Assembly (NCBI GenBank): GCA_002269645.1 | Contig: NIVC01000090.1 | Span: forward strand, 347,560 to 411,559 | Length of the DNA: 64,000 nt | Source of the DNA: Macrostomum lignano | Taxonomy: Eukaryota | Direction of reading: 5' to 3' | In this document: in pieces, positions 24,501 to 35,637 of the stretch | Position numbering within the stretch: the first letter of the stretch is position 1 | Layout of the letters: each line of letters begins with the position of its first letter | Notes under the pieces: generated by a model | Seen by the model: only the letters and a program-made list of their open reading frames with translations | Databases searched by the model: none | Told to the model about the DNA's origin: nothing | Made by a program: the position numbers and the translations under genes

Positions 24501-27500
24501 AGAGCAGAGTGCAGTTCAAGGAGGAGATCGCCGTGACCGGAAGCGGTTGCTTCAGAGAGACGAGCTACAACGAGAGCAGAGTGCGATTCAAGGAGGAGAT
24601 CGCCGTGACCGGAAGCGGTTGCTTCAGAGAAATGAGTCTCAATGAAGCAGAGTGCAGTTCAAGGAGGAGATCGCCGTGACCGGAAGCGGTTGCTTCAGAG
24701 AGACGAGCTACAACGAGAGCAGAGTGCAGTTCAAGGAGGAGATCGCCGTGACCGGAAGCGGTTGCTTCAGAGAGACGAGCTACAACGAGAGCAGAGTGCG
24801 ATTCAAGGAGGAGATCGCCGTGACCGGAAGCGGTTGCTTCAGAGAGACGAGCTACAACGAGAGCAGAGTGCGATTCAAGGAGGAGATCGCCGTGACCGGA
24901 AGCGGTTGCTTCAGAGAACGAGCTCAACGAAGCAGAGTGCAGTTCAAGGAGGAGATCGCCGTGACCGGAAGCGGTTGCTTCAGAGAGACGAGCTACAACG
25001 AGAGCAGAGTGCAGTTCAAGGAGGAGATCGCCGTGACCGGAAGCGGTTGCTTCAGAGAGACGAGCTACAACGAGAGCAGAGTGCGATTCAAGGAGGAGAT
25101 CGCCGTGACCGGAAGCGGTTGCTTCAGAGAGACGAGCTCAACGAAGCAGAGTGCAGTTCAAGGAGGAGATCGCCGTGACCGGAAGCGGTTGCTTCAGAGA
25201 GACGAGCTACAACGAGAGCAGAGTGCAGTTCAAGGAGGAGATCGCCGTGACCGGAAGCGGTTGCTTCAGAGAGACGAGCTACAACGAGAGCAGAGTGCGA
25301 TTCAAGGAGGAGATCGCCGTGACCGGAAGCGGTTGCTTCAGAGAGACGAGCTACAACGAAGCAGAGTGCAGTTCAAGGAGGAGATCGCCGTGACCGGAAG
25401 CGGTTGCTTCAGAGAGACGAGCTACAACGAGAGCAGAGTGCAGTTCAAGGAGGAGATCGCCGTGACCGGAAGCGGTTGCTTCAGAGAGACGAGCTACAAC
25501 GAGAGCAGAGTGCGATTCAAGGAGGAGATCGCCGTGACCGGAAGCGGTTGCTTCAGAGAGACGAGCTACAACGAGAGCAGAGTGCGATTCAAGGAGGAGA
25601 TCGCCGTGACCGGAAGCGGTTGCTTCAGAGAAATGAGTCTCAATGAAAGCAGAGTGCAGTTCAAGGAGGAGATCGCCGTGACCGGAAGCGGTTGCTTCAG
25701 AGAGACGAGCTACAACGAGAGCAGAGTGCAGTTCAAGGAGGAGATCGCCGTGACCGGAAGCGGTTGCTTCAGAGAGACGAGCTACAACGAGAGCAGAGTG
25801 CGATTCAAGGAGGAGATCGCCGTGACCGGAAGCGGTTGCTTCAGAGAAATGAGTCTCAATGAAGCAGAGTGCAGTTCAAGGAGGAGATCGCCGTGACCGG
25901 AAGCGGTTGCTTCAGAGAGACGAGCTACAACGAGAGCAGAGTGCGATTCAAGGAGGAGATCGCCGTGACCGGAAGCGGTTGCTTCAGAGAGACGAGCTAC
26001 AACGAGAGCAGAGTGCGATTCAAGGAGGAGATCGCCGTGACCGGAAGCGGTTGCTTCAGAGAGACGAGCTACAACGAGAGCAGAGTGCGATTCAAGGAGG
26101 AGATCGCCGTGACCGGAAGCGGTTGCTTCAGAGAAATGAGTCTCAATGAAAGCAGAGTGCAGTTCAAGGAGGAGATCGCCGTGACCGGAAGCGGTTGCTT
26201 CAGAGAAATGAGTCTCAATGAAGCAGAGTGCAGTTCAAGGAGGAGATCGCCGTGACCGGAAGCGGTTGCTTCAGAGAGACGAGCTACAACGAGAGCAGAG
26301 TGCGATTCAAGGAGGAGATCGCCGTGACCGGAAGCGGTTGCTTCAGAGAGACGAGCTACAACGAGAGCAGAGTGCGATTCAAGGAGGAGATCGCCGTGAC
26401 CGGAAGCGGTTGCTTCAGAGAAATGAGTCTCAATGAAAGCAGAGTGCAGTTCAAGGAGGAGATCGCCGTGACCGGAAGCGGTTGCTTCAGAGAGACGAGC
26501 TACAACGAGAGCAGAGTGCGATTCAAGGAGGAGATCGCCGTGACCGGAAGCGGTTGCTTCAGAGAGACGAGCTACAACGAGAGCAGAGTGCGATTCAAGG
26601 AGGAGATCGCCGTGACCGGAAGCGGTTGCTTCAGAGAGACGAGCTACAACGAGAGCAGAGTGCGATTCAAGGAGGAGATCGCCGTGACCGGAAGCGGTTG
26701 CTTCAGAGAAATGAGTCTCAATGAAAGCAGAGTGCAGTTCAAGGAGGAGATCGCCGTGACCGGAAGCGGTTGCTTCAGAGAAATGAGTCTCAATGAAAGC
26801 AGAGTGCAGTTCAAGGAGGAGATCGCCGTGACCGGAAGCGGTTGCTTCAGAGAGACGAGCTACAACGAGAGCAGAGTGCGATTCAAGGAGGAGATCGCCG
26901 TGACCGGAAGCGGTTGCTTCAGAGAGACGAGCTACAACGAGAGCAGAGTGCGATTCAAGGAGGAGATCGCCGTGACCGGAAGCGGTTGCTTCAGAGAAAT
27001 GAGTCTCAATGAAAGCAGAGTGCAGTTCAAGGAGGAGATCGCCGTGACCGGAAGCGGTTGCTTCAGAGAGACGAGCTACAACGAGAGCAGAGTGCGATTC
27101 AAGGAGGAGATCGCCGTGACCGGAAGCGGTTGCTTCAGAGAAATGAGTCTCAACGAAAGCAGAGTGCAGTTCAAGGAGGAGATCGCCGTGACCGGAAGCG
27201 GTTGCTTCAGAGAGACGAGCTACAACGAGAGCAGAGTGCGATTCAAGGAGGAGATCGCCGTGACCGGAAGCGGTTGCTTCAGAGAGACGAGCTACAACGA
27301 GAGCAGAGTGCGATTCAAGGAGGAGATCGCCGTGACCGGAAGCGGTTGCTTCAGAGAAATGAGTCTCAATGAAAGCAGAGTGCAGTTCAAGGAGGAGATC
27401 GCCGTGACCGGAAGCGGTTGCTTCAGAGAGACGAGCTACAACGAGAGCAGAGTGCGATTCAAGGAGGAGATCGCCGTGACCGGAAGCGGTTGCTTCAGAG

Positions 27501-29252
27501 AGACGAGCTACAACGAGAGCAGAGTGCAGTTCAAGGAGGAGATCGCCGTGACCGGAAGCGGTTGCTTCAGAGAGACGAGCTACAACGAGAGCAGAGTGCG
27601 ATTCAAGGAGGAGATCGCCGTGACCGGAAGCGGTTGCTTCAGAGAGACGAGCTACAACGAGAGCAGAGTGCGATTCAAGGAGGAGATCGCCGTGACCGGA
27701 AGCGGTTGCTTCAGAGAAATGAGTCTCAATGAAAGCAGAGTGCAGTTCAAGGAGGAGATCGCCGTGACCGGAAGCGGTTGCTTCAGAGAGACGAGCTACA
27801 ACGAGAGCAGAGTGCGATTCAAGGAGGAGATCGCCGTGACCGGAAGCGGTTGCTTCAGAGAGACGAGCTACAACGAGAGCAGAGTGCGATTCAAGGAGGA
27901 GATCGCCGTGACCGGAAGCGGTTGCTTCAGAGAAATGAGTCTCAATGAAAGCAGAGTGCAGTTCAAGGAGGAGATCGCCGTGACCGGAAGCGGTTGCTTC
28001 AGAGAGACGAGCTACAACGAGAGCAGAGTGCGATTCAAGGAGGAGATCGCCGTGACCGGAAGCGGTTGCTTCAGAGAAATGAGTCTCAATGAAAGCAGAG
28101 TGCAGTTCAAGGAGGAGATCGCCGTGACCGGAAGCGGTTGCTTCAGAGAAATGAGTCTCAATGAAAGCAGAGTGCAGTTCAAGGAGGAGATCGCCGTGAC
28201 CGGAAGCGGTTGCTTCAGAGAAATGAGTCTCAATGAAAGCAGAGTGCAATTCAAGGAGGAGATCGCCGTGACCGGAAGCGGTTGCTTCAGAGAAATGAGT
28301 CTCAATGAAAGCAGAGTGCAGTTCAAGGAGGAGATCGCCGTGACCGGAAGCGGTTGCTTCAGAGAGACCGCGTTTTTACAAAGCCAGGTGCATCACGATC
28401 AAACTGTTGCAATCAGTTCGACTTGCTGCTACAAAGAGTCACACCTGAGCGAGAGTAGAGTTCAGTTTAAAGATGAGGCTCTTGTCACTGGCAGTGGTTT
28501 CTTTAGGGAAAAAGTTTTCGTTGAAAGCGAGATGCGGTCTTGCTTGGATGTGGACAGTAAGACAGTAGTTTCTGATGGTTGCTTCCGTGAACTTGTTTCC
28601 TCGGAGAGTATAGTTCGATTCAAGGAGGAATCTCGTCTAGCTGTTAGCGGCTGTTGTAAGGAGTTTAGTCTGGATCAGTCCTGTGTCAAAGTGTGCTTAG
28701 AGAATTTTGCTGTAGCTAGCGGTTGCTTCCGAGAAAGAAATGATGGCGAGAGTGTTGTGCAATTCAGCACTCCGTGCACTGCTAGTAGTGCTTCCTTCGT
28801 TGATGGATCAGGGCAACCGTCTCGTCCGTTTGTCACAGACTCTGGGCTGAAGGTGTGAAGCGTTTGTTTAGCCGCGGCACTCAAATCAGCGTGTCTAAAG
28901 CTGTGGAAAGTGGCACATTTTTTGAGACGTCTTCGCCTCAAGCTGAGCAGTCTGAGGAGATCAGTCGCGGCGCCTCGTTCACTTTTTCCGGCCTGATGTC
29001 GGCAGATTCGGCGGACTCAACGACTGTCTCTCGGCGTCCAGCGGCCTCAAATTTTAGTCGCCCTTCGCTGGCGTCGATTTCGATTTCGGAGACCGGAGCC
29101 GAGGGACTCGTTGCGCCGGACCTGCTACCGCGTGCTGGGCAGCACGCTGAGGATGCCATGACAGAATCGGAGCTCCAGACTGACACTGAATCGGAGGCCG
29201 ACCTGCTAGCCATCTCGGATCGTTTAAATATTGGAAAAATCTCCGGATTCAG
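598..29252 (+). CDS. Giant exon: acidic N-terminal region, about 320 x 24-aa repeats, six 142-aa spacers, Ser/Glu-rich tail (frame broken by scattered indels)
   Basis: Long clean ORFs 547-3525, 13861-15282, 15279-22670 (2463 aa) and 26228-28858 all encode the same repeat. Many unit variants are synonymous third-position changes in this frame (TGC/TGT, TTC/TTT, ACC/ACT, ACG/ACA). The repeat grades into unique coding sequence at both ends. Donor CAG|GTTTGG at 29253 is phase 2 and matches the next exon. Confidence 0.85.
2569..28367 (+). repeat. 72-bp coding tandem array with two main unit types (TSYN..R and MSLN..Q) and higher-order blocks
   Basis: Unit TTCAAGGAGGAGATCGCCGTGACCGGAAGCGGTTGCTTCAGAGAGACGAGCTACAACGAGAGCAGAGTGCGA. 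Spacer copies begin at about 10187, 13559, 15345, 16563, 18354 and 20580. Confidence 0.98.
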
Positions 29253-29961
29253 GTTTGGATCTGATTGCTGTTTGTTACACTCAAGCGCTTTTTAATAAAC
29301 TTCAAAAACTGTCCATATGTAGAAAAATCTGGTGACGGATCATCCTATGACGAAAGAAAGAACAAACGTCAAATATTATTTACACAAAACATTATGCAAA
29401 TGCATTTCGAGCATTTTGGTCAGCTTCAGGGGCAGCTTGCGGAGATGTTTAGATAGACAGACAGTCCCTCGACCAATTACTGAAGTGATCGTTTATAAGT
29501 TTCAGCGCTCAATAGGGACCAGAGTATCCCCTACATAGGGAAACCAAGCGAGACTTGTACACACGGTCATGTTGTTCATGTTGTAACAGCAACCCTCTGG
29601 ACTAGTGTTATGATTATTGATTCCCGCCGTCTTGAGCCCACTGAACACTTTAGAGGCCGGGACAAAGGCGTGTTGCTGTCGAATACAAATATAACTGGCT
29701 GTCAATCTAAAAATCTCTACAAGCTGCCCTGAAAATAACCAAAATGTTCATCGACTGCTTTATTAAATATTTGATGTTTGTTCATTCCTTCATTCTTATA
29801 AATGGTTATTAAGCGAGCTGGAATAAAGGAGAGAGAAGAGGAAAGAGGAGATGAGAGATGAGAGAAGAGAGCTGAGAAGAGACCCAAAACCAAATTGGTC
29901 TGGGTTAGACTAGCTGTAGCTGTGAATTAAATACTTAATTACTATCTGCAATCTAACAAAG

Positions 29962-30700
29962 GTTGGACAATCTGAGCAAAAACCGCGCTGAGGTGGCTGT
30001 GCAGACGGACTTAAAGTACAATTCAAACGTTTGGCGCATGCTTCGCCTGCAAGAGGGCAATTTTGAATTCGACGTTCGCACGATGGTCAAGGTGATCGGG
30101 GCGGATAGCTTCACCCAGGTGATTCGCCAGCTCAGACGCGTTGCGGATGCCAGCGTCCAGACGTTATCGACTGATGACCAGCAGCATCAGGAGCTGCGCC
30201 TCAGCGGCCAGTGGCGTTTCGAAGCTGAGGATGGCTCGGTGCTGCTCGGGGACCGCGGCAGCGTTGTCATCTCGCAGTCGAACGTCGAACGTTACGTGCC
30301 GTCGCAGCCGCCTTCCTTGGCCTCCTCTGTAGCCGGAGACGATCTAGCTGAGGACCAGATGATGTCGATGTTTCCCCATCACGGCTCACTTCATCATTCG
30401 CAGCACTTGCAGTCGCAACATCAGCATCACTCCATCAACCTACTGAGTCCGCCAACGCCAACCGGTGGCGGCCAACTACTGTCGCCTTCGATTCACCTGA
30501 GACCCCGACCAAGCGGTTTTGGAACCGGCAGTTACGAGCCGCCGTCGTTGCAGCAGCACCACATGCATTACTATCAGCAGCAGCCTCAGTCTCTGCCAAC
30601 GTCAGCTGCGACTGCTCAACAGTCGATGTACGGCGGCAGCGGCGTGGTGACTCCGCAGTCAGCGCGCATGACAATCGGGCGGCATACAAGGACGGGTCAG
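29962..30700 (+). CDS. Downstream exon of the giant repeat protein (unique region with His/Gln/Pro-rich tail)
   Basis: Acceptor CTAACAAAG|G at 29961/29962 (phase 2), open frame LDNLSKNRAEVAVQTD...RHTRTGQ, strong donor CAG|GTGAG at 30701 (phase 0). The gene must continue further 3'. Confidence 0.8.
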
Positions 30701-30775
30701 GTGAGCTTCTCGAGCTTTTGATCTTTTAAATGCTTTTCTATACGTATTTCTGTTGGTAAGCGAGGAGTGTAATAC

Positions 30776-31135
30776 TTGGTGAGACATGGATTGGCTTGGT
30801 GAGACATGGATTGGCTGGGTGAGACATGGTTGGTTGGGTGAGACATGGATTGGCTTGGTGAGACATGCATTACATGGCTTGATGAGACATGGATTGGCTT
30901 GATGAGACATGGATTGGCTTGGTGAGACATGGATTGTCTTGGTGAGACATGGATTGGCTTGGTGAGACATGGATTGGCTGGGTGAGACATGGATTGGCTT
31001 GGTGAGACATGGATTGGCCTGGGTGAGACATGGATTGGCTTGGTGAGACATGGATTGGCTTGGTGAGACATGGATTGGCTTGATGAGACATGGATTGTCT
31101 TGGTGAGACATGGATTGGCTTGGTGAGACATGGAT
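30776..31135. repeat. 20-bp minisatellite (GAGACATGGATTGGCTTGGT), intronic
   Basis: Tandem 20-bp period visible just inside the intron that starts at 30701. Confidence 0.95.
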
Positions 31136-31914
31136 CGTGATTTTGGCGAGACTGATCTTATTGGTGTAAATAACGATGCCAAACAATATTTCCATTGCAG
31201 TACCCCAGTGTCGAGGCATTCCTAAGCCAAAAAAAGCACTGAGCATCACTACCGATTACTTGACAATTCGTTATAATGTGACGAGCTAATTTCAAGGATT
31301 GGAATATATTTATTTTGCTACAATTTTACAGTGTTATTATGATTGTTATTACTATTTATATTATACCACAATAGTTGCTTATTATTTACGTTTGAAATTT
31401 GTATTTTTGGTCAATAGTAAATTTTTGGAGTTACGCAGCATTCATCGATTTCTAAAATCTATTCTTCCAATTGAAAAAATCAAAATCAATTAATTTCATA
31501 GCTAAATATAAATAAAGAAAATATTTGAGACACCCTGCTGTCTTTGCTCCTAAAATTTACTATTTTACAATTCTTTTAACTGACAAAATTTAGCATGTCT
31601 AAATGATTAACCGTAGTAGCTCGTACTTAAACTAATAAACATTTTACAATACTATTTTTTTTGTTTTTTTCATAATCGCATGCAGCCATTAACCACAAAC
31701 TGCAGTTTTGCTGCGCACTTTTGCGTATTGTATGTGATCAATATGCTTAAAAATACATTTGTTAGATTCTTGTTTCCATCAATAAAACTTAGAGCTAGAA
31801 TCATATAAAAATTATAACAAATTTTAACTATCAAGCTACAATACGTTGTCTCTAATTTTTATTTAGCACGGAGCAATTCCTTAAGGATTGAACATTTACG
31901 GTGTGCAAACAGTT

Positions 31915-34302
31915 GTCACTGATTAAGTTGACCAATTCACGATCTGAGACCAATTATCACTGATTAAGTTGACCAATTCCCGATCTGAGACCAATTATCA
32001 CTGATTAAGTTGACCAATTCACGATCTGAGACCAATTATCACTGATTAAGTTGACCAATTCCCGATCTGAGACCAATTATCACTGATTAAGTTGACCAAT
32101 TCCCGATCTGAGACCAATTATCACTGATTAAGTTGACCAATTCCCGATCTGAGACCAATTATCACTGATTAAGTTGACCAATTCCCGATCTGAGACCAAT
32201 TATCACTGATTAAGTTGACCAATTCACGATCTGAGACCAATTATCACTGATTAAGTTGACCAATTCACGATCTGAGACCAATTATCACTGATTAAGTTGA
32301 CCAATTCCCGATCTGAGACCAATTATCACTGATTAAGTTGACCAATTCCCGATCTGAGACCAATTATCACTGATTAAGTTGACCAATTCACGATCTGAGA
32401 CCAATTATCACTGATTAAGTTGACCAATTCACGATCTGAGACCAATTATCACTGATTAAGTTGACCAATTCCCGATCTGAGACCAATTATCACTGATTAA
32501 GTTGACCAATTCCCGATCTGAGACCAATTATCACTGATTAAGTTGACCAATTCACGATCTGAGACCAATTATCACTGATTAAGTTGACCAATTCCCGATC
32601 TGAGACCAATTATCACTGATTAAGTTGACCAATTCACGATCTGAGACCAATTATCACTGATTAAGTTGACCAATTCCCGATCTGAGACCAATTATCACTG
32701 ATTAAGTTGACCAATTCCCGATCTGAGACCAATTATCACTGATTAAGTTGACCAATTCACGATCTGAGACCAATTATCACTGATTAAGTTGACCAATTCC
32801 CGATCTGAGACCAATTATCACTGATTAAGTTGACCAATTCACGATCTGAGACCAATTATCTTTGATTAAGTTGACCAATTCCCGATCTGAGACCAATTAT
32901 CACTGATTAAGTTGACCAATTCCCGATCTGAGACCAATTATCACTGATTAAGTTGACCAATTCCCGATCTGAGACCAATTATCACTGATTAAGTTGACCA
33001 ATTCCCGATCTGAGACCAATTATCACTGATTAAGTTGACCAATTCACGATCTGAGACCAATTATCACTGATTAAGTTGACCAATTCCCGATCTGAGACCA
33101 ATTATCACTGATTAAGTTGACCAATTCACGATCTGAGACCAATTATCACTGATTAAGTTGACCAATTCACGATCTGAGACCAATTATCACTGATTAAGTT
33201 GACCAATTCCCGATCTGAGACCAATTATCACTGATTAAGTTGACCAATTCACGATCTGAGACCAATTATCACTGATTAAGTTGACCAATTCCCGATCTGA
33301 GACCAATTATCACTGATTAAGTTGACCAATTCCCGATCTGAGACCAATTATCACTGATTAAGTTGACCAATTCCCGATCTGAGACCAATTATCACTGATT
33401 AAGTTGACCAATTCCCGATCTGAGACCAATTATCACTGATTAAGTTGACCAATTCACGATCTGAGACCAATTATCACTGATTAAGTTGACCAATTCCCGA
33501 TCTGAGACCAATTATCACTGATTAAGTTGACCAATTCCCGATCTGAGACCAATTATCACTGATTAAGTTGACCAATTCCCGATCTGAGACCAATTATCAC
33601 TGATTAAGTTGACCAATTCACGATCTGAGACCAATTATCACTGATTAAGTTGACCAATTCACGATCTGAGACCAATTATCACTGATTAAGTTGACCAATT
33701 CCCGATCTGAGACCAATTATCACTGATTAAGTTGACCAATTCCCGATCTGAGACCAATTATCACTGATTAAGTTGACCAATTCCCGATCTGAGACCAATT
33801 ATCACTGATTAAGTTGACCAATTCACGATCTGAGACCAATTATCACTGATTAAGTTGACCAATTCCCGATCTGAGACCAATTATCACTGATTAAGTTGAC
33901 CAATTCCCGATCTGAGACCAATTATCACTGATTAAGTTGACCAATTCACGATCTGAGACCAATTATCACTGATTAAGTTGACCAATTCACGATCTGAGAC
34001 CAATTATCACTGATTAAGTTGACCAATTCCCGATCTGAGACCAATTATCACTGATTAAGTTGACCAATTCACGATCTGAGACCAATTATCACTGATTAAG
34101 TTGACCAATTCCCGATCTGAGACCAATTATCACTGATTAAGTTGACCAATTCCCGATCTGAGACCAATTATCACTGATTAAGTTGACCAATTCCCGATCT
34201 GAGACCAATTATCACTGATTAAGTTGACCAATTCCCGATCTGAGACCAATTATCACTGATTAAGTTGACCAATTCCCGATCTGAGACCAATTATCACTGA
34301 TT
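31915..34302. repeat. 41-bp satellite, about 58 copies (ATTATCACTGATTAAGTTGACCAATTC[C/A]CGATCTGAGACCA)
   Basis: Highly homogeneous head-to-tail units differing mainly at one C/A site. Degenerate copies resume at about 34930-35005. Confidence 0.98.
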
Positions 34303-34331
34303 ATAGGGGCGTCGCCACCGGGAGGACCAAC

Positions 34332-34840
34332 ATGAGTGCCTGCGGCGCTAAAATGAGTGACTGCGGCGCTAAAATGAGTGACTGCGGCGCTAAAATGAGT
34401 GCCTGCGGCGCTAAAATGAGTGCCTGCGGCGCTAAAATGAGTGCCTGCGGCGCTAAAATGAGTGCCTGCGGCGCTAAAATGAGTGCCTGCGGCGCTAAAA
34501 TGAGTGCCTGTGGCGCTAAAATGAGTGCCTGCGGCGCTAAAATGAGTGCCTGCGGCGCTAAAATGAGTGCCTGCGGCGCTAAAATGAGTGCCTGCGGCGC
34601 TAAAATGAGTGCCTGCGGCGCTAAAATGAGTGCCTGCGGCGCTAAAATGAGTGCCTGCGGTGCTAAAATGAGTGCCTGCGGCGCTAAAATGAGTGACTGC
34701 GGCGCTAAAATGAGTGCCTGCGGCGCTAAAATGAGTGACTGCGGCGCTAAAATGAGTGCCTGCGGCGCTAAAATGAGTGCCTGCGGCGCTAAAATGAGTG
34801 CCTGCGGCGCTAAAATGAGTGCCTGCGGCGCAAAAATGAG
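34332..34840. repeat. 21-bp minisatellite (ATGAGTGCCTGCGGCGCTAAA)
   Basis: About 24 tandem units. The ORFs here (MSACGAK, AAGTHFS) follow from a stop-free 21-bp unit. Confidence 0.95.
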
Positions 34841-35637
34841 CACGCGGGGGGGGGGGGGCAACAGGCACTTCGACAACACTGATTCGGAAATCATTTACAT
34901 GTAGGAATTTACTCATGTACACACGTACCAATCATCACTGATGGTGTTGACCAATTCACGATCTGAGACCGATTATCACTGATTAATCATAAGTTGACCC
35001 ATTCACGAACAGTTATATGAGCATGTGAAACTGCGTGTATGAATGCATTATAAATAGATTAGCTATGCATTGGGGAGCTACGCTCGTACACAATATTCAC
35101 CTGTTCGGAGTCCATGCAGGTAAGATCGATTGAAGCCCTCTTGAGTCAGGCCTGAATGAGCTAGGGGGGATATCGCGATATAGAGAAGTAGCTTGAGCAC
35201 TTCGACACGAGCTCAACCACCCATCTGCGTGCTTACAAGATGTCACTGTCACCTAATTCTATTTCAGACAACAGTGCTTCCCACCTCTGAATGCAACGAA
35301 AGTTTTATTCAATAGAATTATAACATGGAATATTGTTGACAGGCGGAAGAGCCTAAGTAATACGACCGAAATATTGTTTAAGTTTTGTGAAATTTTTCCA
35401 GAACTTTCATGTCTTACTGGCATGCATGGTTGATGGGGTGATAAAACAAATTAGCTACTTGCAACGAGCTAGATATCCACACGTATCTCGCATTCTTCCT
35501 TTGAGAAGATCGTTGAAGCTTGTTGAGGTGTTTTGAAGTTGAGGTGTTTTAGCGTCCTTTGTAAAAGAACTTGTTGCACATGGCATTACCTGCAAAATAG
35601 AAATTATTGTATATATATATATATCAGTCCCCGGTAC

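Noticed and set aside
3677-28326. Dozens of alternative-frame and antisense ORFs (QGGDRRDRKRLLQRDELQREQSAI; SEATASGHGDLLLESHSALVVARL), the first with KR/RR sites suggestive of a prohormone
   Set aside because: By-products of a 72-bp unit lacking stops in several frames. MSLN units put TGA in the +1 frame, synonymous variation favours the FKEE frame, and there is no signal peptide or unique flank.
28853-28871. 19-nt GT...AG 'micro-intron' or programmed frameshift at the end of ORF 26228-28858
   Set aside because: Too short for a spliceosomal intron and removal gives the wrong frame. No slippery heptamer. A single missing G explains it.
31915-34302. CRISPR-like regularity of the 41-bp array (also the 35-bp and 72-bp arrays)
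   Set aside because: No unique spacers, no cas genes, eukaryotic context.
34260-34931. AAGTHFS, MSACGAK and APQALIL repeat ORFs (antifreeze- or metallothionein-like look)
   Set aside because: A 21-bp unit open in several frames with no signal peptide, splice support or unique coding flank, unlike the 38 kb precursor.
35101-35589. Minus-strand exon-like pieces (acceptor at 35591-35590; RWEALLSEIELGDSDI at about 35287-35237; about 35151-35101)
   Set aside because: I could not chain them into one open frame with consistent phases and recognised no homology. RNA-seq could reopen this.
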